From positions 653,222 to 717,221 of the forward strand of contig JAKMXF010000055.1 in assembly GCA_024704765.1 (NCBI GenBank): 64,000 bases of DNA, given 5' to 3'. How positions within the stretch are numbered: the first letter of the stretch is position 1; each line of letters starts with the position of its first letter. The DNA is from Oopsacas minuta. Its lineage: Eukaryota > Animalia > Porifera. The notes below the pieces were generated by a model. It worked only from the letters and a program-made list of their open reading frames with translations. It had not been told where the DNA came from and did not search any database. Positions 49,572 to 63,089 of the stretch are shown here, in pieces. A program made the translations under genes and the position numbers.

Positions 49572-52510
49572 TATATATTTACATCCACGACAATGGCGGG
49601 ATCTTTACAATTGTTGGATAATTAAAGCAAAGAGAAAGCACGTATTGCCTGGGATTGAGTATTTTCCAACAAAATTCTTGTGAATATGTTTATTAATTGA
49701 TTAAGTCGTACTAAAACTGAATCAATGCTATCCGTCTAACTATTTAAGGGTGCTCGATTAATGTACATCGAAGAATAGTACACTTAATGTTAAAAATCAA
49801 TAGAAATATTAACTTCGTTAGATTCGATGGTGGTTTACCAAAGTTTATTACTTCACAAATTTCATACATAGTTAAAATGAGATAATGTTGGGAAAGTAGG
49901 GCCTAGGGATCTTCAATTCAGCGATTATAAAAATGAAAAATGACAATGATAAATTTAACTGATATGTTAGTATTGTGAATGTTCAGATAAAATATAAATT
50001 ATTGCTTAATATATCTCATTAATATTTTGAACAATGTTATGATCGATTAAGGTAAAATTGAGGATTATAATATGAGAAATTTAAGTCATTATCCACATGA
50101 TAAGTTGAAATCCTTTTGTTTAGAACTAGTATTTTGTATTTAAGCATGCATAATTTATCCAAAAACACAGAAATATGCTACAAGTGTATCAAGGGTTCTT
50201 AATTGTATACCCAACTCAAAAACATAAAAGTTAGGCCCATAATAAAAGCAATTCAAAATGGATACAGGATCAAAATTAATATGTGAGTCACCGTGGGGGC
50301 CAAAATAATTCGATTCTATAATGAATAAGCTTTCACATATAATTAGTAGCTTTACACACAATCTAAATCATCGTATTTCGGAAACAAAGTTCGGATAGAT
50401 GGAGTGATAAATAATTAGGAAAATGAGCTCCACAGTCAAACGGCTAGTACAAGCACTTTGTCCTGTCTTCCAATTAATGAAGAGAATAAATTGATTGAAA
50501 TGAATAGTCCAAACACACATATTGAGACGACATAACATAAATCTCATATCATTTAGTAGGAATATTTAAGAGCACTATAATGCAAATAGTCGTAAAACAA
50601 TCAAAATATTTGATGACTTCATTAAATTTAGCACATTAAGGCCATACTACCCCTGTATGCCAAAAGTCAGCTCTAAGAGTATTTCAGATTCTTAAATCAA
50701 TTCTTGGTATACAAAGATATATACACACACATATACATAGGTGTAAGGTTACCTATTCTGGGGGACACTCATGTTTGTTGAAAATTGTAAGGTTTTCCGC
50801 CTATGGTGCTAATACTTCATCTCCTCATTTATGGATTCTATAAATGGTACCAAATGCATAGAAAAGTTCATGTTCAACTCTTCCATAATACGATTGATAA
50901 AACTATGTACCACGTCAAAAATAGCTGGGTTATCATTTATTAATAATACAAAGCTCCTCCAAGAGGTAAGTTTGGATTAGTAACAAACACCAAAATTTAC
51001 ATATAATCAGACCTATGTGCTTGCATAATATGTGTTCATCCATAACAACAGTAAAATGACCAAATTAAAGGGGAAATAACAATTCACTCCATACAGTTGT
51101 AATCTTTTAGCAGCCATAGGGGCCGATAACTCTAGGTTTTGGATATTATTCGAGTTAATACGTTATATGTAATAATATCAGGTAAAAGTGGCAATTACTT
51201 CAATACATTGTCACAATATTTGCTTATATACGGGATCGAAAAAGGATTGAAAACCATATTACTTGTTTGCTGAGAAGTGAAGGTGATACGAATTAATGAT
51301 ACCTGCCTATTTTTTCAAGCAATTCCTGTCAATAATAAATGTTTAGAAATCATTGTAGCAATGAATCTGCAACCACGTTCAAACTCAGTGATTAACTTCT
51401 TAGCGAATACAGCGGCAGTAGATGAATTTGTGGATGACATTCTGTAAGTATGAATAAATTTGGTCAAACTACATTGATCAACAAAAATTAATTGCGATAT
51501 AACTTCACAATTTCTGTTTACAATTAAGTATGGATGAAATATAATGAAATTTACCAGAGATGACATGCCAAACTACGCTAATAAAACCTTCGCGATCTGA
51601 GACATGATATTCTAACACATAGGTGAAACCATTTTGGATATGTACCCAACAGTAGGGGGTAGTTACCTAAAGTCATGTTGAAGCTTCACAAATGCCATAT
51701 TGAAAAAAATAAGTATTCTAATGGTTCATGGAATTTCCCATACTATTAACGGAAATTCAAACAATCGGGACTAGGAAAGGGACTACGTGTACTGGAGTAA
51801 AATTTACAACATTTTCAAACTAAACAGATATAAAATAGTGATATTTTCAAAGTGGCTAGCAATGCAGTAATTCTCAAACGCTGGTCACGGATCACTTATG
51901 TGCCAACAAAATGTAACTGAAATATAGGTAATGCTTCCAATGGGTCAAGTCTCTGGCTTTCTATATATGAAAGTAGTAAAACACAACCTATATAATTATA
52001 GCTATAGCCTAAAAAAGATAAGATTTGAGAACTGAGTTAATTTTTACTATACCAGGGATAAAAGTAATTGAACATATTTGGGTTGGAATTTCTATAATCG
52101 TAGATGACATGAAATAGGTACATTTTAACCAGAATAAATGGACTTTTAATATGCAATAATTCACAAAAGTCCTATTTGTGAAGGTTACTGATCGTAATGA
52201 CGTGATGTACTAGCGTAATTGGGAAATATGTAATACAAAATGTTCAATCTCAGAGACCATGTACAGCGGTAATTGTTACTCAATTATAATCAGTGTTAAA
52301 AATACAAATAACACAAGTCAACAAAATTTAACTTCATTTTCTCATCAAGTATTAGATTGGCATTTTCTAAGCTAGTTATTTAAGCTGAATTCAAATCTGC
52401 TTTCAGATTCTTTCCAGCACATCCAGTTTCTTTTCCATCTACAAGTCAACGATTTTTATGTATTCCCTAAATTTTTCCTGTTATTTTATGGTAGTGGCTG
52501 TCTTTTTGTC

Positions 52511-52625
52511 NNNNNNNNNNNNNNNNNNNNNNNNNNNNNNNNNNNNNNNNNNNNNNNNNNNNNNNNNNNNNNNNNNNNNNNNNNNNNNNNNNNNNNNNNN
52601 NNNNNNNNNNNNNNNNNNNNNNNNN
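52511..52625. other. Assembly gap (115 N)
   Basis: Run of N in the sequence. Confidence 1.
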
Positions 52626-52705
52626 TCCTAATAGTATGTAGTAATTATATATAGAGAATCAATAATGTAGGTCATGCTGAATAAATATTATAGACAAAAT
52701 GGTTT

Positions 52706-52730
52706 GTATCAGAACTTTGGAGCCACCCTG
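52706..52730. repeat. Orphan Tc1/maT-like TIR
   Basis: GTATCAGAACTTTGGAGCCACCCTG followed by TA. Its reverse complement starts CAGGGTG like the 18288, 48287 and 59751 elements. No partner found. Confidence 0.55.
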
Positions 52731-54179
52731 TATAGTCCGTAGAATGGAAATTCAACTGATGATATTCCGGTTGAAATGTACTCCGGATAACGAGCACAAA
52801 CCTCGACGCTCACTTGGTGTACGTATAACGAGGTTCCAATGTAGTTTCATATTAATGGCAGTTAAGGAATTTCCATAAAAATATATCCACTTCCTTTTAT
52901 CCCTGGTGAAAAGTAGTGATAAGGCTCATTCATTAGTAGTCTATGCTGTAGCCTGTTCACTGACAAATTTTACTGTACAATCATATATTTTCGATATTAT
53001 CTAATTAATACCCTTTTGCTCGAATAAATGTAGTAATGATCGTTAATGATCAGAAATGAAAGCTTTTGGTATGAATAAGTTGTATACTGTACTGAGCGAT
53101 ATTTGATACAATGGGTGGACATTTCGGACTACCTCCAATTATAATCTAATTGTTCCTAAGTTTTAGTCAAACAATTCCAGCCAATAAGTAACAAAATTCG
53201 AATACCTTTATAACACATTCAGATACGAAATCGCTAAACGATGTGACGTAATAGTGAATATACCCATATCGTATCAATTTCACCTGATAATGAGAAATAG
53301 TTTCAAAAAGTATTACAAGGTTATGAGAAGTTGGGTACGTAGTCAAAACTTTGGCGACTATAGTATTATAAGTGGATATTTGCAAACAATGCGCCATTCA
53401 GTGCATCAAATATATCTAAAATGGTAGCAACTGTACAATTACAAACATTGTATATTTTATGTATAAAAATGTTTAGAACACTTGAGATAAATTCAGAAAA
53501 TGAAGATGCACGAGTAAGCATTTATTCGTGCACAAATGGGAGATATTCAATAACATATTGCCTATTAAAGGAAACAGATGAAGTCATCTAGAACTGGGAG
53601 TAGATGGATAACCCAAGGCCTCTAGCCAAATTATCTAGAAAGTAATCAGACTCATATTTTAAGGAATTCATTCGATATACTCATGTATATTACAATAAAG
53701 CCATTGGCATTAAACTTGGGGAATGTATAAACATTTGAACCTAATCTAAACAATGGCAAAATATAATTTTCACATTTCAGACTGTATGATGTGTCTCCAT
53801 AACTTAAGAGTATTTGAGAGAAGTTGTCAGTTGTGATTTTCCTAATATATCAAATTCAAATTTCCATGAGAATGGGTAAAAAAAGAGGGACGAGCTCATA
53901 ACACTTTGGAATGCTGAGTTAAATACACCTAAACATATTAGTAGTGCATTGGTCATATCATTAGCAACCCTATATCCTGTAATTCGAAGAAAATTCTAAT
54001 TTTGTCTCTAGCCTACAATTAAGACGCTGGCGGATCTTCTATATAAATTCATTCAATTAATAAATAAGTAAGAAACTAATACTGATGATTCAAAGATATC
54101 TAACAGTGAAATTGCTTCTAAGTAACCATATAAAGAAAGTAAACCGCTTTACAAGATGTCTTAAGAAGATGGAATATTC

Positions 54180-54790
54180 AAAGCTCTCGCAATTAAAGTT
54201 TCCAACCTATCAGAAACCAATCTGGTGAAACGCTTGGGCTGGGAAGAATGAATGTTGGGAGGTCGTGGAATAGTACTGAGCTGTGCTTTGCTCGTGAAGC
54301 CTCATTTTGACTGTAGAGATGTGGACAAAAAGGAAAAATTTTGAATTGCCTCTAAATTGAAGCATAGTATCAAAGTCAATATCTGGGATGGCATTTCATC
54401 AAAGGGATTTTTCCCTCTGCATATTTGATCACAATATAGAGGTTAGGTATTTTATAAAGATCTCATAGGTCCACTTGATAGATCGAGCCCATGTTTCGAG
54501 AACGATTATGTTCTAATACAGAAATGAGCCTTACACACTTTCAAGAAGGTAGACTGAAAGTTGGGGCTCATATATATTCAGTTGGATCAGCAAAAGCCTT
54601 ATATACATCAAAAGGAATATCTATTCGGATGGAAAAGCATATTCTGAATAGAAATCTAACAAGAACGAAATTAGGACTGAAAACAAGGTTTTGTCATTAA
54701 TGGGATTCTATAATCCCAGACTACTCGAACAGTACTAGTCACCAATGCCAAATATGCCAACAATTGTTAGATAATAAGGGGACCAAGAAA
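54180..54790 (+). pseudogene. Degraded Tc1 transposase relic
   Basis: KHSIKVNIWDGISSKGFFPLHI (~54360-54425) parallels KHSPKINVRAGFSPMGIFPLCI of the 58176 element. Boundaries approximate. Confidence 0.5.
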
Positions 54791-54918
54791 ATTATTGATT
54801 ATTAGAAATTAATAATACAATGCAGCATATACAACACATTATGGAATTACTTTATATAAACATAAAATTTGATACTAAAGATTCTCAATTATTATGAATG
54901 CTGTAAAATACAAATGTC

Positions 54919-55147
54919 ACAACCGAATAGTCCACGATTCGATTCAAACTGAACATCAGTTTTCGGTAATAATGAAAACTGAATATTACCACTATTAGTA
55001 TTCTGTCATCATAACCGAATATGATCGAAAAGTATTCGGCATGGGTTACCAAAATTATCAGGTTTTGTATTCGGTAAGAGTAAGCGAATATTATCAGTAT
55101 TCGAATTGGGTAGGGAAGCTATTCATGAAATGTGATATTCGGTTTAG
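54919..55147. repeat. Cluster of ACCGAATA / TATTCGGT motifs (Ac-type hAT MITE-like)
   Basis: The motif recurs in both orientations (54921, 55013, ~55033, ~55068, ~55136). Confidence 0.45.
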
Positions 55148-58100
55148 TGAGTTTCACCTTGTATAATACCCATACATACTACAAATATATGGCAAAATTA
55201 TATTGAATTTTCAAACCGCTGGTTAAGTTTTAACTCAACCTGACGGGTGTAGCTTGAAAATGATAGATTGGACTAGTGATTTGCAAAACTATTGAATTTT
55301 GAAATGCTTGGAGTCTCAAAACACAGGCGAAAACTTAGCCTAATTGTTTAGTCCCGTCCTCCTACTTTTTTACACTGCCAACTCAGATGCTTTATAATAT
55401 ATAATATTTACCTCAGATACAAATATATTTCTTATAAATTCATATTGTATTTTTTGAAATCTCTTCGTTGATCTATTATCCAAACGAACTATCTGATGAT
55501 CATGTGTATCTAGAATGGTAAATTAATCACTAAATCATTGAGGAATTATTTTAGAAGTTATTTTGGGCGGTGAGCTTGTTAAGCTACCGCTGTAACCACT
55601 GGAGTTACGCCTATGACGAAACTGGCGTTAAAAGGAAGTGGTTCGATATCCAAAATATAGCTTGAAAGTAAATGATCTTCCGCTTACAACGAATTTCGGT
55701 AAATCGTATGTAATCATAGGTCCCGAATACCTCGTTATTGTTTGCTGTGGGCAAACTTTTCCATTTATTAGAAACCACTTCAATTGTACTTGAATCTTGC
55801 GAAGAAATGAAGCATATCTAGTTGAAGCTGTGATTCGATTTATATCTAACTAACTAATTAAATGACATAGAAGTATTATGTATTTCTATATACATTTTTG
55901 CTATTATGCTCCACAGTTTGTAGCATGAATAAAGTACATGATTGAACAAAATCTAATAACGAATTGAAATATTCAAAATGTTATAACACAAAAAAGTAGT
56001 TTGAGATTAAAAATCTCTGCAGCAGGCATATTGATCTTAGGAACAAAATATTATCCTAAACTCTAAAGGGATCATGAAATACAATCAGATGTGAACATGA
56101 TCATTAGATTTAATAATTCACCCACAACGAGAATAAGGATAAGCGATTGTGCAATTTTTTTGACAACAATTATGTTTGTTAACAATATGATATCTACCTA
56201 ACGAATTATTGATGAATGAGTATAAGGAAATTCAATGAGATATCATTTGGAATCTAACCTTTTTCAGATTTCGTAATTTGGGGATTCTTTTGCTGCTTTA
56301 TTACAAAAGCAGTGGAAATAATTCTAGTATCAATTGCATCTTCACTGAAAGAATCGGCTTCTAAAACAGAAGAGTTAGATAGTTCCCTGTTAACAGCATT
56401 CAGAGGGATAGAATAAAAGTCTCTATTGTGAGAGAACTCTTTTGGAAAAGGAGTATATTCAAAATCCAAATGAATTTGTTTTGAAACATCTGATTGATAA
56501 AGAACTGTTACAAACTATGAAAAGTTGAATGTAAATAATACGAAAAATAATAATGTAACAATAACAAAATATTTTGAATATTCATTCTAGAAAATTTAAT
56601 TCCAGCATAATTCGAAAGAACGAGATTTTGAAATTCAAGTATAATTATTATAGCTTTGAACTATACCCTAAATAATTCAGATTAAGTGTTCTTCTCGAAA
56701 GGCTAATATTACTGGACAAACTTCTTCTTTTGGGAATTATAACGTCGACGCCCGCAAGATGATAGTCTTTCACAACTCCCCTCCCAAGATAGCTTCACAT
56801 GCTGTGCAATGAGATAGCTAACGATATAACTAACTTTAGTGTTATTTTATGATTGCTTATTCTGGCTGGCAAAAGACCAAGATAAATAGAATAACAATAT
56901 GAAGATCGGAAGATATCTCTCAAGACTCTTGCTGATTAGTTCGAGCTATAGATTCAGATAATTTTGGTAACTAAATGGTCTTAAGTCCATTATATGAGTG
57001 GTGGGCATCTTGTGGCCAGTGAGATACATTTATGTAACCTCGAATTTACAATTGTTAGAACAGAATTATACTGCGTGTGGATTGCATACTCATGTTAACT
57101 GTCCATTTTCAAATGAAATATCCATATTCAACATTTTCCATATTAGATTGGGCATATGCTCATGCACAATTTTATGTCAAAGGTAGCCAATGTTAGTTTA
57201 TGAGTGTATTCAAGGTGCGATGTCTGGTAAATAAATGAAATAAATATGTATACATATTCCTTAGAAGTGCAAAGGGGAAGTAAGTACTATCGACAAAGTC
57301 GGACACGTAACTTATCGTAATATCTGTGTCTGAAGTATAAGTGAAATCATTGAATAGGCTTGCCCGTAAGTAGAATATCTCACCTTGAACCCAGTAGTCT
57401 GACGATTATAAAATGTTTTCCCTTGCAGATATTGGCTTAAAAAAAACGAATAACGTCTGTTTAGAAGGACATAAAAATTGTAGAAGAGAACGTTCTTGAC
57501 AGAAGGAGTGAACAATATTTCTTCATAAAAGGCGGAACATGTCAAGATGTTTGACTTGCTGTGATTTTGTTTCTGTTAAAAAGGTTTCAATCTTCGTTGT
57601 CACTACTATACTACGGTATAGGTGAAGTATGTTAATATAACTGAATAAGAGCGAAAGGACAAGTCTCATTCTTTACCCTTCTCTGTTCAAAAACACAAAA
57701 GTACCGATCAAACTTATACTGCTCAATTAGCAGTGCATATAAGAGGTATTATTGCTGAATTTGACAATATTGAGGAATTTAGGAGTTAGACCCATTTAGG
57801 GTACCACTACTAGTACAGATATTCTTATTACTGGTGTCAACATTGTGATGCATCTATGACTGGTAAATGACGAGCCTTGGACAAGAAAATTAAGAGTATT
57901 CAAGTTTTCCGCAATATCAACCCAGAAGGCAAGATTCTTAGTCTATTCTTAGTCACAAATTTCAGAGTGGGCAAAAGTTTCATCTTCTAGAAATACGGAT
58001 ACCGATTTCTGATCTCACCTGATAAAATCAATCAAGTTTGGCTCCTGTGCTCATCCATCATTTCTCAGAGAAGTACAGCAAATTACCATTATCAGAATTC

Positions 58101-58175
58101 ATTTCTTGTAATTGTTGCTGAAACTGTCTGTGATTGAACCCTCGAGAACCAATGAAGTTTATTGTTGTACAACTA

Positions 58176-59512
58176 CAGTCAGTAAAATAATTATTGAGAT
58201 TTTTCGATATATTCATAAAAGAATCAATTTTCTTTTAATCAACTTTACAATATCATTTACATGCAGAATTGATTAGATATATTCTTCTTAGCTATTTTGA
58301 CGATTTATCAACTTAGATTGCATTCCTTAATATTTAATTAATATGAAGAATCTGTTGACTACGTCATCATTTTCCTCAATTCTTGAATAATAACTTGTAA
58401 ATTCTAAAGATTCTATTTTTTGCTTGTAATCCCTTGATATGAGTCAACAGCGAAAGAGACTACAGGTAGAAACATCATTTATCAGTTGTGGTCTATCTCT
58501 TGTTCAGATTTCAAAGAAACTTAGGGTCAGTGTGGGCACTGTTTATCGAATAAAATCAAGAACACAACATAATGTTGTCTTGAACATCATAAAGAAGCTG
58601 GGAGGCCATCAAGCCTAAGATTATCGGTCAAGAGAAACGTTACTCAACAGATCAGACGTGGGCCCTATATTTCTTTACGTACTTTAGCATCACTCGCCCC
58701 CGGTAAATCCTCACACGATACAGTCTGACAGGCGGTGAAAGATCTTGACTACAACAAACACAACGGAAAATAAACTAATGATTAGCGAGAAAAATCTACT
58801 TGCAAGCGACAATGGGCTAAGAAGTCAAATATCCCAAGAAAGTGTGGTGCCACACAGTAATTAATGATGAAATGTCGATTTTGCTTGCTCGGGGAAGGAT
58901 CAAAATGTGGACAAAATCAGACCAAAAACGAATAGTCCCGACAACTAAGCATTCTCCAAAGATCAATGTTCGGGCAGGGTTTAGTCCAATGGGAATATTT
59001 CCTCTATGTATTCTCACCGAAAATATGAACAGTCAAATGTTTATTGATATTCTAGAAGGGCATTTGTTAACTCACGCCGAAATCTTCCACCGAAATGAGT
59101 GGCGTCTTGTCATGGACAACGACACAAAGCACTCTTCTAAACTGGCCAAGGCATATCTTGTTCAGAACATCCCAAATCATCTTCCTTGGCCTTCTCAGAG
59201 CCCCAATATCAACCCAATAGAAAATATTTTCAGTTGGGCAAAACGAGAACTTATAAAATTGGCTCTTAGGACAATTCCAGAGCTAAGGAAGAAGCGTGAA
59301 ATTGTATGAGCTAAGATATCCCCTGAATTTCTAAAGCCATATTGTGATTCGATGCCACACAGATGCCAGAAGTTAATAGAATCTGTGGTTTTGCCATAAA
59401 TTATTAACTAGTGATCTTGTTTCACCATATACCACATGAATTAGTTACCACTCAGGAAAATTGGTTCTGTTCTAGCTCATTGAATAAATCTCAATAATTA
59501 TGATATAGACTG
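58176..59512 (+). mobile_element. Tc1-family (DD34E) transposon C, 1337 bp
   Basis: TIRs CAGTCAGTAAAATAATTATTGAGA / CAGTCTATATCATAATTATTGAGA (20/24). TA flanks at 58174-58175 and 59513-59514. Confidence 0.88.
58439..59407 (+). pseudogene. Tc1 transposase (DD34E), disrupted
   Basis: AGRPSSL, VINDEMS (D1) and VMDNDTKH...WPSQSPNINPIENIF (34 residues between D2 and E). Ends AINY-stop, like KINY-stop of copies A and B. Confidence 0.88.
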
Positions 59513-59750
59513 TATGCACATCACCTCCTTCAGAGTCACATGTTTGGCACATAATGCATCTTCATGCATGACAAATGAACCTCAATTAACTCATGATTCT
59601 GTCCATAATCTTTCATGTTGTTTTCGAAAGATAGTTGGAATTTACGAACGCCTTTGTGAATATGAAAGAAAGCTCTGGTGGGAAGCGTAGCTAAAGTTAA
59701 GGAACTATTTACACATTGATGGAGAATAATCCCAAGGATATTATGTTGCA

Positions 59751-60938
59751 CAGGGTGTCTCAAAAGTTATTTCCTCCTCAGTACTTCGATTGAAGTCGTT
59801 ATAAATCGAACTGTATTGTTTACTAACCGATCATTTTTCAGATTATTATTAATCTATAGCAGTCCAATACTATAATAAATACTTCATTTCCTTATTTGAT
59901 AATCTGTTTATATTTTCGATATTTTTTCTCAACCCTCACAAATTCCATACATGGATGTCATGAAACCGAGATTTGCTGTCCGAGAGCGAGCGATTGGCAT
60001 GATTGAAGCGGGTTCAATACAGAAAACAGTCGCCAATACTCTTAGAGTCACAATTCGGACAGTTCGGAACTGGTGTAAAAGGCATAGAGCTGGATATTTG
60101 CTTGATGACAAACCCCGGTCTGGACGTCCGACGAAGCTTTCCCGGATTCCGAAAATTATAATTCGAAAATCAATCGGGAAACGCTACAATTCAACCCAAA
60201 ATCTTGCGAAATATATCTCGTCTAAGTCGGTGACCGTTAGTAAAGACACAATTCACCGTTATTTACGCGACACAATCGGAGCGAAAGCCTATGAAAGACC
60301 CTCATACCCGAAATTCACTGAAAGCAAAAGGTAAAGAGGCTAGAATTCTGTCAGGAACGCAAAAACATGGAATGGTCGTGATTGGGAAAGAGTTCTTTTT
60401 AGTGATGAAAGCCATTTTGAGCTTTTCCACCCGACTAATATGCAGAATGATCGTGTTTGGGACATTAATCCGCACAACATTACCCTTGTTGAATCAGTCA
60501 AAACCCCCCGAAAATGATGGGTCTGGGAAATGATGAGCCGGCCAGACAATTTTCATGCAGAATGGCGCCCCTGCCCATACAGCCATAAGGACCGAGAAAT
60601 GGCTTTCAAAGCATCTACCTGGCTTTTGGGAGAAAGGTGTTTAACCTAGTAACTCCCCAGATTTAAATCCCATCGAAAATCTTTGGTCTATTATGCCAGC
60701 AGAGCTAGACAAGAGAAAGCCCGCTACAAATTTAACACAGCTCGGAGATATTTGAAAAATATATGGAATGGGACTAGCCCGTCGATACTTGAGAATTTAG
60801 TTGCTGGGATGCCAAGTCGAATTAATCTATGTATAAAACTTAATGGTGAAAATATAGGCAAATAATTAGATGAATCTATCCAAGAAATTCTATATTATAG
60901 TGGTATTCATAAGTGGAAAAGACTTTTGAGACATCCTG
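59751..60938 (+). mobile_element. Second DD37E-family element, internally deleted, 1188 bp
   Basis: TIRs CAGGGTGTCTCAAAAGTTATTTCC / CAGGATGTCTCAAAAGTCTTTTCC (21/24). The ORF 59951-60334 is homologous to 18494-18883. LFSDES, MQNDRVW and FMQ(N)GAPAH...FWEKGV*PSNSPDLNPIE with 37-residue spacing. About 160 bp missing near 60540. Confidence 0.9.
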
Positions 60939-61779
60939 TATGTGTCTTTGTCAGCGATATACGCTTACAGTTTGCGAATAGTTTCTATGATTTCGAAAAT
61001 ATGAGCCAGCATTCAGATCATTCGAGTCCAAAAGATTTTAACGTCACAAAAGCTCCAGAATATCTACGAAATAGAATTAGCTGAGCTGCAGTGTAGTTCT
61101 GAAATGAAAACAAGGATTGCCACGGTTCTACTCTGTAGTTAGAATAGTAAGAGTCTCCAAGGTTATGTGGCAAGAGTATAGATATTAAATGATAAATTGT
61201 ATATTACCGAGTAAACATATTCAGGCCATATATAAATAATAGGTGCAAATTCATTAATACAAGCAATGGCCCAATCCAAAATAACATCAAGGTAGAAAAT
61301 TGCAAACCCCAATACGGGCCCAAATTTTGATCATTAAGTGGAGATTTCAGATTAAAGAGCTTGGTCGTCAAATACAGTAATGTGAATCACATATTCACCG
61401 TTCCTAAACACAGTAGACTCAGTCTAATATACAAATTGTTAATCAGGTTAAAGCCCTTGTCAGTGGAAGGTCTGAGCCATCGATTCACACATTAGCCTCC
61501 ACCCGAAAGGTGGTCAAATTTACATTTCAATGCTGAAATGTGAACCCTCACTTGTAACCGGATGGGGCAGCGAATGAAGGCGTTTCAGAAGACACACAAG
61601 AGCTGTGGAACAAGGCCACCTGGGGATGAGTTGTTAGAGCTTAGCGAACCAGCGGCACAAACGCAATCCTGAGAAATCACCCATAAAGTCCAGGACTCAA
61701 ATCACCAACTGAAACACCTCTAAGCTAAGGGGATATAATACTTGACGACGAGGTGTTTCTAGGAGTGAGAAAGAGTAGA

Positions 61780-63089
61780 CTAGGGCGTTCAATAAGCCTT
61801 GCGGGTGATATCATAGAATATGATACAAACACTATACACACTAATTCACTATATTATTTATTCAAAGTAATCCCCTCCTGCAGATACACAAAGTTTTAAC
61901 CTTTCCACCCACTTGTAAAACACATTTCTGTGCTCTTCTTCGAGGATGGATTTGAAGTACTGGTACAGGCCCGTTCCGAGTGCTTGTAATGTGTTAAAAT
62001 CTTTACCTTGAAGGTAGATTGTAAGCTTGGGGAATAGCCAAAAATCACACGAGCTGGGTCTGGTGAGTATGGTGAATGTGGAAGTAATTCTAACCCTTCT
62101 ACATCCAAGAAATTTTTGATAAGCTTAGCTGCATGGGAACGGCGTTATCAATTAAAATCTTCATTCCTCGAATTCCGGTTTTAGGGCGGTACTTTTCTAT
62201 ATTTTTTATCAAATTTGGAAGCACTTGCTCTGTAAAGAAAGTAGCACTAACAGCCTTGCCACTCTCACAAGGTAATTACAAGACAATTCTATGACTACTG
62301 AAGATGATGGGATGCATAATCTTAGTCCAGGAATTTTCGTCGGTTATTCGTCGCCCCTCACCTATGATCGCTTTTTAGACTTGCTATTGGTGTTGAATGG
62401 TACACCCACGTTTCGTCATCAGTAATAATCTCTGTTAGGCGTCTAGAATCGCAGTTCTCATAAGTTTCCGAGAGTTTCGTGGCAATATTCAGTCGATCCA
62501 ACCTTTGATTCTCACTGAGCTTATGCGAACCCATTTCCCACAAATCGATCGGTAGCCCAGCTCAATTGTCAGAATTGTATGAATAGTTTCCGTGAAATCT
62601 CCATACTCTGTTCTGACTGATTGACAGTAATGCACTTGTCTTCCGTCGCCATACTTTCAATGAGTGCGATATTCTCTAAAGTGGTGGCGGATACCGTCTT
62701 CCAGATCGAGGAAAATCTGTGACAACAGCATCACCAGATCTAAAACTGGCAGCCCATCGCTCTACAGTAGATCTGGGAGGGCAATCCCCGCACATTATCT
62801 CCTGTAACTCACTGAAGATTTGTACGAGGTGGATCTTGAGTATTGTGCGAAACTCTATGTAAGCTCGCCATTTGAGGTTGAAATTATCATCCTTTGAAGC
62901 CATAAATTCAACAGTGGGTATAAATTTACTACACGTAACTATCTCAAAAATTCATAATTTGTATTGAATTACCTTGAAACTTTCAGATATGGAGTTTAAC
63001 TAATGGGCTTATAATATATGAAGTTAGATATATTACTTGACTAATTCCTAAGATACATTATGACCCGCAAGACTTATTGAACGCCCTGA
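61780..63089 (-). mobile_element. mariner (DD34D-type) transposon, ~1310 bp, disrupted
   Basis: TIRs (C/T)(T/C)AGGGCGTTCAATAAG(C/T)CTTGCGGGT. TA only on the right flank (63090-63091). WRAYIEFRT...RSGR, WEMGSHKLSE, IITDDETWVY, IDNAVP and HSPYSPDPA(PCD). Confidence 0.9.

Larger units (their letters stand above)
56996..61310 (+). mobile_element. Third, highly decayed Buster-type hAT, split by two nested Tc1/mariner insertions; boundaries approximate
   Basis: GAGTGGTGGGCATCTTGTGGCC Buster-like start. Fragments in transposase order: RCLTCCDFVSVKK-FNLRCHY (~57545), TAQLAVHIRGI..EFDNIEEF (~57720), DASMTGK (~57850), YERKLWW (~59670) and LRLQFANSFYDF...ELAELQCSSEMK (60960-61115). Confidence 0.6.

Noticed and set aside
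56254-56469. ORF as the N-terminus of a PRKRIR/Tip100-type hAT
   Set aside because: Only a faint resemblance (FP...RDF), with no downstream motifs recovered.
61570-61660. Hammerhead ribozyme of a Penelope-type repeat
   Set aside because: No CTGATGA...GAAA core with paired stems on either strand.
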